Assembly: GCA_051362555.1 (NCBI GenBank)
Contig: CM120640.1
Location: 14,756,001 to 14,820,000 of the forward strand
DNA length: 64,000 bases
From: Lingula anatina
Taxonomy: Eukaryota; Animalia; Brachiopoda
Reading direction: 5' to 3'
Numbering within the stretch: position 1 is the first letter of the stretch; every line of letters begins with the position of its first letter. Of this stretch, positions 44,528 through 55,548 are shown piece after piece. The notes beneath the pieces are model-generated. The model worked only from the letters and a program-made list of their open reading frames with translations. It was not told the origin of the DNA and did no database searches. The translations under genes and the position numbers were made by a program.

Positions 44528-46627
44528 CTAAATATCGTCGTCAACGTCGTCATCATCATCGTCCTCATCGTCATCATCATCGTATAATATGGATCTCATT
44601 AGACGTTCACGGAAAGTATCGGTATCCTCGCTGTCGTCATCACCATCTTCGTCGCCCAGTGACCGCCTTGACCTGCTCACCGTGTCCAAAATGTCATCGT
44701 CGTCGTCGTCATCATCATCATCATCAAAAATGCTCCAATTTTGCAGTAAATCGTTGATGTCGACATCGTCGTCGTCATCGTCGTCTTGGCGTTTCTGGCG
44801 GAGATTAGTTTCGGCTTTAGCGGCTTTAATGTCTGCCGGCACCTCCCTGCGCTTTTCTTGGTCGTATTCATATTCTTCTAAAACATCAAAGAGTCTAGAA
44901 AAAGAAAAATCCGCAGTTTTAAATTCCTCATAGTACAAGCTTTTCAAAGAGCACATTTCAGGCAGGAGAGATGGATTGGCAAGCCAAGCATCCACGCGTT
45001 GTTTCCACTCCTGTGTGCGGGCATCATTCGAGAACCCTATAGCTTCCCCCAGTGCATTGAAAAATAAATCAAAAAGAGACAGGGGCGCTATGGAGAGGTC
45101 TCTTCTGTAGCAGTGATAAGATATAATCCACGCCGCGGCGCCTGTGTGAACTCTCCTTTCTGCAAGATATCCGACCATGGCATCAGAGCTGTCAACCGAA
45201 CGAGCAATGTCATTGAAGACCATCAACAGGCAGTCTGTCAGATAATTAATTGCTGTACGGTACGAGATCTCGAACTGTCGCCCAGACGTGGCCGGATGTC
45301 CAAACAACATGCGTGCGGTCTCGCATATTTTGAGACGACTGAGATTGATTGCAATTAGTAAAATGTACTCAGAGGCAAAAACATTCAACCAATGGTAGCG
45401 AACTTCATGCAATGTAGGTTCAGGGCTGATGGTCAACAAATTTTCTGTCGCTTCAAATGGGCTTATAAATTCATTGAGATCTTTAAAGTCAAGGTGTCTG
45501 TAAAGTATTTCTAAAACGAATCCCAAATTTTTCAGTGCAGTAACAACCGATTTCGCAAACTGACGGAGTGTTTTCCTGGGAACACGTTCAAACAAGTTGC
45601 CATTCGGTAAAAAATAATGCGGCAAATAGCAGCTTACTGCACATTGCAACAAATCATTAAGGAGCATGACGACGTTGCTAGGCATGTTGTTCTGGGTCCA
45701 CTGTTTAGGAGGTAATTTCTCACTGCGCCAAAAAAGCAAGTTCTTCAAGTGATATGAACTCACGGCAGAGGTGGGGAATTCCCTGCGTATGAAATAACGA
45801 TAAATCAGTTTAAACATGATATACGTCTTTCTCTGCACTGCTGACATGGATTGTGCTAGAAGCCGCTCCTGTGCCGTGAAGGAATATCTCCATTCAAGGC
45901 CCTGCCTCCCTCCTGGCCCGGTAGGAACGAGGAAGCAGCCCTTAGACACGCATGTGGTTATTAGTTTTTCACTCGGCCAGCCAAACGGCCGGGTCCGAAT
46001 TTCCCACTCTCTTGCGGGCCACTCTTCGTGGAAGTAGGCCGGCACGCAATCAAAATCTACGTTCAGATCGGAGTTGGGGGTTTGAAAGTAGACCGCAGCT
46101 GACGGGCCTTGGAGCACCTCTGTTTCAACAAATGTCATTCTGTTTTTGAGTCGCTCCTGAACGTTTTGCCTGTGCGAATACTGATGCTTTTGCACAGGTT
46201 TTGTCATGGAAACAGTTTCGATGTAACTGGTCCCGGAAGACTCTTGTCCGTCCATTTTGGAAAGTCTTGCATAGTCCTCCGTCTCACGGAGGTGAACATA
46301 TATTGGGTTTGTCGTTGGTTCTACAGTAAAAATTTGGCACATCTCTGTCTCATCTTTGCTTAAATACAGATTACGATGAACGATCATGGTGTCAATATCT
46401 GAAATTATTCCTTCCGGTTCGCCTCTAGGCGGCATATATACGTGCGGAGGAACCCCCAGACCGTCCACGCTGCTGCCAACAGGCCGCTCACACTGCAGAA
46501 AAAACTCCCCCTCTTGCTGACAGATGATTCGTCTTAAACTTTCCTGGTTACGTATATAGTCATTTTCCACAATAGGTAACGGCAGCAGGTATTTCATAAG
46601 CAAACTGAGTTTCAGTTGATCGGCCAT
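44528..46627 (-). CDS. cGAS-like receptor / Mab-21-domain nucleotidyltransferase with Asp-rich C-terminal tail; single coding exon
   Basis: 699-aa ORF. NTase signature VGSSVDG...SDIDTM and third Asp in VDFDCVPA. Mab-21 motifs WP..EW..R.R..GWPS......KGCFLVP, EWRYSFTAQERLL, SSYHLKNLLFW, LPHYFLPNGNLF. Confidence 0.92.
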   Translation of the reverse strand: MADQLKLSLLMKYLLPLPIVENDYIRNQESLRRIICQQEGEFFLQCERPVGSSVDGLGVPPHVYMPPRGEPEGIISDIDTMIVHRNLYLSKDETEMCQIFTVEPTTNPIYVHLRETEDYARLSKMDGQESSGTSYIETVSMTKPVQKHQYSHRQNVQERLKNRMTFVETEVLQGPSAAVYFQTPNSDLNVDFDCVPAYFHEEWPAREWEIRTRPFGWPSEKLITTCVSKGCFLVPTGPGGRQGLEWRYSFTAQERLLAQSMSAVQRKTYIMFKLIYRYFIRREFPTSAVSSYHLKNLLFWRSEKLPPKQWTQNNMPSNVVMLLNDLLQCAVSCYLPHYFLPNGNLFERVPRKTLRQFAKSVVTALKNLGFVLEILYRHLDFKDLNEFISPFEATENLLTISPEPTLHEVRYHWLNVFASEYILLIAINLSRLKICETARMLFGHPATSGRQFEISYRTAINYLTDCLLMVFNDIARSVDSSDAMVGYLAERRVHTGAAAWIISYHCYRRDLSIAPLSLFDLFFNALGEAIGFSNDARTQEWKQRVDAWLANPSLLPEMCSLKSLYYEEFKTADFSFSRLFDVLEEYEYDQEKRREVPADIKAAKAETNLRQKRQDDDDDDDVDINDLLQNWSIFDDDDDDDDDDDILDTVSRSRRSLGDEDGDDDSEDTDTFRERLMRSILYDDDDDEDDDDDDVDDDI

Positions 46628-47539
46628 TGTCCTTGTGCTCGACCTAGAGAAAGGACAAGAAATCAGGCTTGAATAAAGTTACAAACAAGACCTAGGGCAC
46701 GTGAACGTTATGAGCGATCGATGCTAACATATATGTTTATGCTTACCATGTACACAGCAACCTCACTGTCTAGCTACGCAACTCGCCACTGTAACAAGTA
46801 CAATCTCCTTGCTCACTGCGTATCCGATCCTATGTTCAAATCATAACTGATCGAAAGCCTTGGATTTTCCTGATGAATATATATAGGCCTTATGTATATC
46901 TTGATATCTTTCTGTTCACGTGGTTTCGCTCACCTATTTACCGTGTACTTGAATTTCTTTGTGCGTCAAGAAATAGGTCAAATGATTGATACGATTCCGC
47001 GTAAGGGCTTTGATAAGCACATTGCGAACGTGATACTTAATGCCTTTTGACTTATCGATTTGAAAAATTAAATAAAATAATTGGGATGCATTAAGTTTAA
47101 TCGGGTGCGTGTGAATGCTTGTGGACATTTTTATCTGAACCAGATGTGTCGCCATTATAAATCTCACAGTGTTTAGAAAATTTTTTATTCAGACATGTTA
47201 ATATCGAATAACATCTGAAAACGATGGGTATTCATTAAATAAATTAATTCAAATACATGAATGCATTGAGTTGGCAAACCTACTAAATTGTCTCCTTCCC
47301 GATTAAAAAAATGCGTTCAAGGTGATCTTTGTTTATTGGCCTACACAGACCCTATACGTAAGTAATAATTGCTACATAATAAAGGCAATGGACAGAATGA
47401 AATTTTCTATTACATATGAAGCAGTGGAAATAATGATTTGTCATAATGGGCAATATATATCCCATCATTTCATTTTACATTAAAGAGTACATTAAAGGTG
47501 GCCCATCTGGGCTTTTCCCGCCAATCGAATTTTCCTTTA

Positions 47540-48200
47540 AAATTTTACTAAAAAAACATCAAAATCTTGTACTAAGTCGACGATCTGTAATTGAGCAATT
47601 ATCTTTCCACGGAAAATTGGTAAAACCAGAACCTTGGGTCAACCTCCTTGGAGTTTACTTTGACTCATGACTGACTTTTAACAAACACATCTCAGAATTA
47701 TGTTCTAAAACAGCATGTCAATTAAACACCCTGAGAAGGCTTTCAGCTTATCTATATGTTCCAAGTCGGCTTGTCATATTCAGGCATTTTACATCATTAA
47801 ACTTCAATTATTGTCCGTTATTATGGCACTTTTGTGGTGAGGGAAATATGAAAAAAAAAAATAGAAAAGATGTAGGAAAGGAGTCTAAGATTTGTCTATG
47901 ACAACCACACAAGCAGTTATGATGAGTTGTATGGTACGTCTTAACACTGCACTAGAACAGGCTATGCATGCTTGTACTTGAGGTTAACAAAACTATAAAT
48001 GGGCTTGTACCTTCCTACATGCACATCTCCGACCTTTTCCAGGAAAGAATAACAAATTAAAACCTTAGAGGGGAAAAGACTCTAAATATCCCCAGATTTA
48101 ACACAATAACATATGGCAAATAACCCTTGTCATATCTTGGACCAAAAAATATGGAATGATCTTTCAGACGAATGAAAGCAAAGCATCAATTCAAATGTAG
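47540..48200 (+). mobile_element. Decayed, 5'-truncated LINE (CR1/L2-group) ORF2 C-terminal fragment
   Basis: Translation with stops and frameshifts: VNLLGVYFDS*LTFNKHISELCSKTACQLNTLRRL...NFNYCPLLWHFCG...ERSLRFVY. This is typical of the post-RT region. A possible tail AAATAAAATTTATTGTATTGAATTG lies near 48535. Confidence 0.8.
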
Positions 48201-49368
48201 CTTGTGTTACCTATATGCACTTCGTGAAACTGTATAATAATACAACATGTTTTCATTTTTATGCATTAATATTAGTGAGCATTGCATGTAGAATTGTCTG
48301 TTTTTCACAATTAACTAGGTCTAGCATTTTGTATATTTTTCATAGAAAGATTTTTCGTTTACTATCTTAGTAGACTTCATGTGTATTTGTATATATTTTT
48401 TAGAAAGATTTACCATGTACTATCTTACTAGACTTCGTGTGTAAATATTGCATTATTTGTAGAAATATTTGTCCTAACCCAGTCGGTAAATAGCTGCAAA
48501 GCTAATGTTTCTTTTCAAATTTATACCCAACATGAAATAAAATTTATTGTATTGAATTGTAGCGCAACTAGCACATCAAGGATTTCATGCCAACACATCC
48601 GCCTGCTTAACGGATATTATTGCATCACTGTCTCACTTATTATCTGTTGATGTGCGGCATGTGGTTCTTCCCTATCCTCTACGATCACATCATAACATTT
48701 GTGGTTTATTGAAATTCCGTATTACACGAAGTATAAATGAAAGACGAGAGAAGATGAATCAACCTGTAGCAGTTTTAAAAAGAAAAATCGGATTGATAAG
48801 CAAGATAAAATGTCCAAAAATGTCCTACTTATCATCAATTTAACAGTTTGAAAATACAACATGTTTAGCTTAGATTTTAAAAAAGAATACTCTCTGTCCT
48901 ATCACAAATCTAAATGTTCGAACAGCATAAATCCTACATTTGGAGGTATTCTTCAATATTTGTTTGCTGCCAAGTACGCAGGGGAGAGATTGCAGAGCAA
49001 ATTTAAATGACAAGCCTTTCTTTTGGTCAACTGCGGGCCGAGATGAAAATTTAGATAAATTAATAAGAATTATGAACATGTCAGTGGCAACCCTAGAGCA
49101 ATCTTTAAGATCATGCATTGCACTCAAATCTTTTACTCTTAATAATGATCATTAATAAATTATGTTTCATTCTTACTGAAAAGAAAATTGAGGACCTGTA
49201 ATCTGTAAACAAGGTTTCTCTCGTCTTAATCCACGAATTAAAAACAAACAAACAAGCAAACAAACAAACAAATAAATAAATAAATAGATTAAACATGCCA
49301 ATTACTGTCATAATATTAAGTCATCAAATTAAGAGTGATCAAATAAGCAAATGGCGGAAAGCTCTTCA

Positions 49369-49371
49369 AAA

Positions 49372-49467
<96 letters not shown>
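49369..49467 (+). repeat. Poly-A followed by (AT)n microsatellite
   Basis: Read directly from the sequence. Confidence 0.95.
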
Positions 49468-49470
<3 letters not shown>

Positions 49471-49799
49471 CAGAATTTTGACTCGTACACACAAATTTTA
49501 AAACTATGAAATATACTAGGCATGGATTCAACAGACTGAGGGATTTTACTTGATATTGTCAGAATAAAGTGGTTAAACTCTTTTTGTAACAAAAATACAT
49601 TTTCACCTTTTTTGACCTTTTTTAATTAAACACAAGTGTCAGAATTTAATTGAATACACCATCTTTTCTTTCAAAACTTTAAAAAATGAAATACAGATTT
49701 TTGTCTTAATTTCGGTGCAAGTAAGGTCATATAACTTTAAAGGGGGCCAAAACAGAGGCCTGAGTAAAATGTATGACTCTTAAGATAAACAATATGGAC

Positions 49800-50075
49800 T
49801 TGGTACAATAACTTGATGATGACCCTGATCTTCTTCCTGCAACAGTGAAGAAGTGGGCTGCAGTTTTAAAGAGGGGTACAGAAGATGGCATTCAGTCAGT
49901 TCGCCCAAACACCTAACACAATGATGAGCAGGTTGATGCCATTCACTGTATATTGTTTTGGATGACCAACGTCATATTGCCCAATAGTTAGCAAAGTCCA
50001 TAGCCAATGGTTCTGGACTCTTTCACACTGTTTTAACTGAGTTCTTGGGAATAAGCTGTCTGCAAGATGAATCGC
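49800..50075 (+). mobile_element. Degenerate mariner-type transposase fragment (HTH/linker region)
   Basis: Piecewise translation ATVKKWAAVLKRG..EDGIQSVRP...DEQVDAIH....DDQR...LA...KLSAR* resembles the mariner consensus TVKKW..EFKRG...EDDPRSGRP...DDRR...KLSARWVP. Confidence 0.65.
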
Positions 50076-53000
50076 GTTAAAATCCACCCTTCTTTCAAAG
50101 CAAACTGCTCCGAAGTACACTTTTCTATACTTGCTATAATGGTGTTCATAGAGCAGACATACTTTCGACCCGCCCGATGTTTTCGAACTCAATTAAGACA
50201 GTCCTTGCGAGGCTTTTGATTCTTTATAAGAGCTAAGCAGCGTCTTTGCGGCAGGCATTAAAAGTTCCCTTTCGAAGTACGCAGTTCATTTCCCTCGACA
50301 CTTGCTCCCATGAAAGGGGTATTTATTCTGGTGCATTGATGTTTTGGAATTAGATGTGAAATTCGCCGTCTTCTGATTGCTAGCCTACTATAGTCATGCA
50401 ATGCGACAGAAACTGTTCGCTGAAATATTTGAGGGAAGACGATAGGATTTCCTCAATAACGCATTCAATAATGTTGCCCATGTTGGCAGTGCGCGAAAGA
50501 TCATTTCGTTGTACAAATTGGCTCAGTCGAGTCGGTCGGGCGTATGTTACCCTCTGAAAGGGATTTCGTAGGCAGACATATATCTTATTTCTCGATCCAC
50601 ATTTTTTTCTTTTCTTTTAACTCAACAGTTTACAAAACTATTTACACTTGGAATTTGCTTGAGATGGAATGATGACAACAAACAAAATCTCGACTACTTT
50701 TGGCGTGACAAATGCGTTCTTATGTTTCATATTATTGTCCAGTCCCTTGCTTTGAGACTGCCCTTGTAACAAAAACCTTTTTGTTTTTGCTTTTTTATTT
50801 CGAGATGTTCTGTTGAATCTGGGTGTTAATTATCACAGGTACCGATCGCACTATTCGACTTCAACTTTGTGTGCTACCTCCTCTTATTCTTCTGCCGTTA
50901 GAGAGCAGGTGAGCTTGAATCGTTGTAGATACATCAGCTTAACAATGTGCCTGACAACGGTGATGTATGGATTACAACCGTGACAACGCCGCACACATAT
51001 ACTATGGAGCAGTTAAGGCAAACGTCCAGAGTGATAGTTTATTTGCAAGTAAAAATAATGAATAATAATAATGGTGTTGACAATAATATTAATATTTATT
51101 GATTGTTAAATACATGTATGTAAATCATATCGTATTTTAGATATAAACAAAACAGAGTACATATATTTATTGTTTAAATTCCTGATTATTCTTTGAGAAT
51201 CTACGGTTAAATCTTTGCATTGTCAATTCTTCATTAATTGTTGTAATCAGGCAAAAATTCCTATCAGTCACTCTTTTGGGCCGGAGAATTGACATTGGCA
51301 ATCAGTGACGCCTACACCATGCATCCAGTACTATGTGATCAAGTATTCAAAGGTTGGCATGATTTCACAATAATAAAATCTTTTCAATACTTTTTGATAT
51401 TCAAGGCATACCTTTTGAAAACAGTTACCATTTCTTGTTGTCCGAGTGTTTAGAGAATTGCTGGGTTGTATTTTATGCATTTATATAAAATAGCAATTCC
51501 CTGCGACTGTTTTAGAATTTGGATTCAAATATGCAAAGCTTGTGGACACAAATATGCACCCCCAAAATGTTGTTCTTTTTATTTTATCGGGTATGATTGC
51601 ACTGCGAACCGAGATGGTGCATCTTATGTCAATTTTTCTAAGCCAGTGTTCTCTAGGGTTACATATACACAACCATGCATGCGTATCCTCATATAAAAGT
51701 TGCGCAAGAAAATTTTGCCCCTCCTATCCTATCATTTATTGACGTACAAAAATGCCGTCTTGATTAAACAATGCAGAAAACCATAACGACAAAAGAAAAG
51801 GAAGTTGACAACTCAGTCGCTCTTGTCATCATCTTTCCTCCCCGGAAAAATCTCTGTGATCGAGACCAGTCGCCTGGTGTTTAATCCTATCTATCTGAGA
51901 TTAGACGGAAACAAATTCGTGAGCGTCAATTGATTTCTCTAGCGACCCTTTTGTTGATGGAATAAATAATTGCGAATCAATTACTGAAAAGAACAAGCAC
52001 CGCCTGATCAATTTCAGAAGTAAAATCATCCACAAGATCGGCACAACGTGGTCTTACGTGGGCTTGCAGGCAAATCTTGCGGGAGAAGGCATACACTTTC
52101 CTAGAGTGATATTGGTGACTACTGATGAAATGGAAGAAGTTGAATTGAAGAGTAATCACAAAATGGACAGTAAGTGGATACGGTCAAATTTAGTGCGTTG
52201 CCGTGCAGTTTTCTTTTAGTTTAGAAAGAGAATTCGATTTAAATGTTATTAACATTCTTTCTGACTGATGTCAAATTTGATTTTACGTAAGTATGACATA
52301 ACAGAGAAGAAAATCGTTATCATTTTTTGATTTATTATTTTATTGTTATATATATATATATTTCATTCATATACCTGAGTGCTATAAAAAATTGGGAACT
52401 TCATAATCTGTACTCTTTTTTAAAAAAATCCTTTTTTTGTATGACGCAAGATGGAAAACGCGGGAAAATTAAGCGAAATAACAAATCCAAATAAACCAAG
52501 GATTAGAATGTGCGAAAGAATAAAATATTAGAAATCTAAGAATTGGTATTTTACCCTTTTTACTATATTTATTTCAAGCATTTTATACGCACTAAATGTT
52601 ATTAGTAAATTTGCAAGACAAGATGCTTTGATCTTCATGTATTTCAAAGTCAAAAACGCAATCTGAATAATTTGATATCAATGTAAGTTGTAGAAAAAAG
52701 ACTGGAATGACATCCAAACATTTTCTAAATAAGAAATGGACAACTTCATGTTCGTAGCATTGCCATGGAAAAGCTCGATTTTCAATCCTGACAAAATTAA
52801 TGATAAAAAGTCGAAAATCGAAAAACAGAGCCAATGTATACATTTGACATTAAAGATGTGGAATAAACCGTCCTGCCTTTTTCCAACTGATTGTGTTAGA
52901 AAGGAATCACAGTGGATAAAAGTCCCTTAAAAGAAATTTTACAAGCATATAAAAGCAAAAAATCAGGAAGAATAGTGTAAGTTGCGTCGTTTCGTAATAA

Positions 53001-53526
53001 AATTTTATCACGGCTGAACTGTTTCTCATTCCTTCTTAAAGCCAGTAAAAACAAGCAAGAAGAAACAAATCCATAATCCAGAAAGCCGTGATTAGTATTT
53101 TTAAAAACAGTTCGAACTCTAATAATGAAATGTCTATCAGTGAGGACATTTCTTAATTAAATACCAGTCTGCCGCGTCCGATGTGATTTCCGATGAAAGC
53201 GCAAAGCAATTAGCACGTAATGAACAAGATCAAGAATTAGATCAAATCTGCTGGAGATATTGCTTAAAACCTTTCCAATAACGCTTTCCAGTCACGAGAT
53301 GGGTTTCCTGCGAAACAATAGCAGTTCACGCTGGGAAAGCCTGGGCATTGTAACTCCGTATATCTAATTGCATAATTGGTAAAAGCAGGATTAGTTTAAT
53401 TCGACAACAAAAATAATGCGTAGTGTATTAGATATCTGTATATTACGAATCTGCAGTCTTTCAAATACATCATGCTTTGAAATGTTTTAATGTGTGTCTA
53501 TTTATCCATCCATCCACCCATCTTGC

Positions 53527-53566
<40 letters not shown>

Positions 53567-55314
53567 CTACGTCATAAAAAGACCAACAGTAATCGTTTTT
53601 CAATAATTAGAAGTGATACAACAAAGAAGAGAGCTTCGACGGATTTTAAATACATGTATTTATTGTTTTATCTTCGTCTTTTCTCAAACCCTTGTTTGAT
53701 ATTTTGGTTGTAACATATGTTGGATACATCACTTAATTTGAAGATTTAATTAAACATTAAAAAAAAAGTATTGTAGAATATTTTATAATAATTATTTCTT
53801 TTGAATATAGTTATCTTTATTTCATTACAAATTCTTACGTACAAAAGTTATGGCACTCGAGAAAAATATCATTTTTTCTTTTAATGCAAAAAACGAAGGT
53901 AACAGTACAATATACAGAAAAATTAAATACAGTGCTCAGTGCTTCAAAAGAACTTTCTACTGATATAATCGTTAACTATCTGATCTTACTTCTACTACAA
54001 AAACGGTTTTAAATTTTTTTTAATTTTAATTATCAAGCCGAAAATTTTGTTGAGGTTTCCGAAAAATAATGCATCGCGTTTGCTTTGGGGTTCGCAGACA
54101 CGTTGATCTGTAATGTGCTTGAGTTCCCTTAAACCCGCGTCCCGGAAAAACATACCAATCAGCTTAAAGATACGCGTCGATCAAGATTCGAAATGCGTGA
54201 AGTTAATCCCTTCTTAACGTCAGGTAGACGAGGGGTGTCCGTCATTATTTCTGACGTGGATTATAGCCGCTGCAATTTCCGACAGTTACGTTTATCCCGC
54301 AAAGCTGCCAGTTCCCCGCAACTTGGAAACCAGAAAATTAAACTGCCACTCATTTGTGCTAATGATGATGCATATCCAGATTGAGAAACAAGTGGGAAGG
54401 ACAAACATAAATGTTGCTATATGTTAGGCTGCTTAGTCTACATGGCCATTTCGTTCTAATATTCGCACAATTAGATTAGCCGAGAAAAAGGTTCTGTGGT
54501 CTTCCCAGTAAAGGTATTAGTTTACGAAAGATGAAAGCAGATGGTTTGCTTTGACAGCCGATCGATCACGGATCCCGGTTTAACGACCATTCATTGGAGC
54601 TGTCATTGAATTTATAACTGTTTTTATGTTTTATTTATTCTTAACGCGAATTCATCTCTTGAGCTCTGGGGCCATAACTCATTTCTTGATCGCGTTTTAA
54701 AACAGGCGAGGTAGTCTTATGGACTTTCTAAATCCGATTACCAATGTCCTTGCATGGTGATTTTTCAACGATCATATTAAAGGTAACCTGATTAACGAAA
54801 GCTATTGAACTCTAATTGGAGTGAGTTGTCGATGCCCATTTCTTGATTGAACTCTCCTAATACATTTGTCGAATCTTTTGTTTTGGAAATAAATAACTTC
54901 TTGGCGTATACCTGTTTTATAAACATGTTCACTTTAATGTCGTTCAACTGTTCAAAATAATTGGAGTGTGATTGTAGTTTTTTCATTTATTTGTTGACTT
55001 AGGGTAGTGTTTTACCAATGATTGAGAAATTTTCCCAATAATTAGACGTTAGTGGCAAACATGAAATCAGAAAAGAGAAGTATATCAAGATCAACGAACG
55101 TGTGAAGTTTTAGGTGTTTACAATACTCCTATAAGGAGCTGACAAACTGTCAAGTAAAAACAAAGAAAGAAGTTTCTGTGTAAGTGAAAATATTCCCACC
55201 GTAATACGAGCCTTTTATTTCTTTCCATTTTTAGTTTTTTATAATCATTTTTATTCACTTATTTATTTATCCATTTATTCATCCATGTATTCATTAACTA
55301 ATTCATTCATCTAT

Positions 55315-55361
<47 letters not shown>

Positions 55362-55548
55362 TTGTTTGTTTGTTTGTTTGTTAATTCGTGTCCATATCTT
55401 TTTTGGAAGTTTGACTTCAACTCATTTAATGTGCTGTATCGAGACATGGACAAAAATGACGAAATGCACAAAAATACACGTCAATATTAAGGATACCCTG
55501 CATGATTCCCGTTGAGCAGAAATTATTGTTCATTTCATGGTTTTGTAG

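Noticed and set aside
44515-44933. His/Arg-rich and Ser-rich + strand ORFs
   Set aside because: Antisense shadows of the poly-Asp codons of the cGLR.
49295-49531. ORFs with IY repeats (also poly-F, ER and poly-G ORFs elsewhere)
   Set aside because: Translations of microsatellites or homopolymers.
54719-54782. In-frame TGA as selenocysteine or readthrough in NR2E3 exon 1
   Set aside because: No SECIS recognised, no precedent known to me, and an alternative first exon is simpler.
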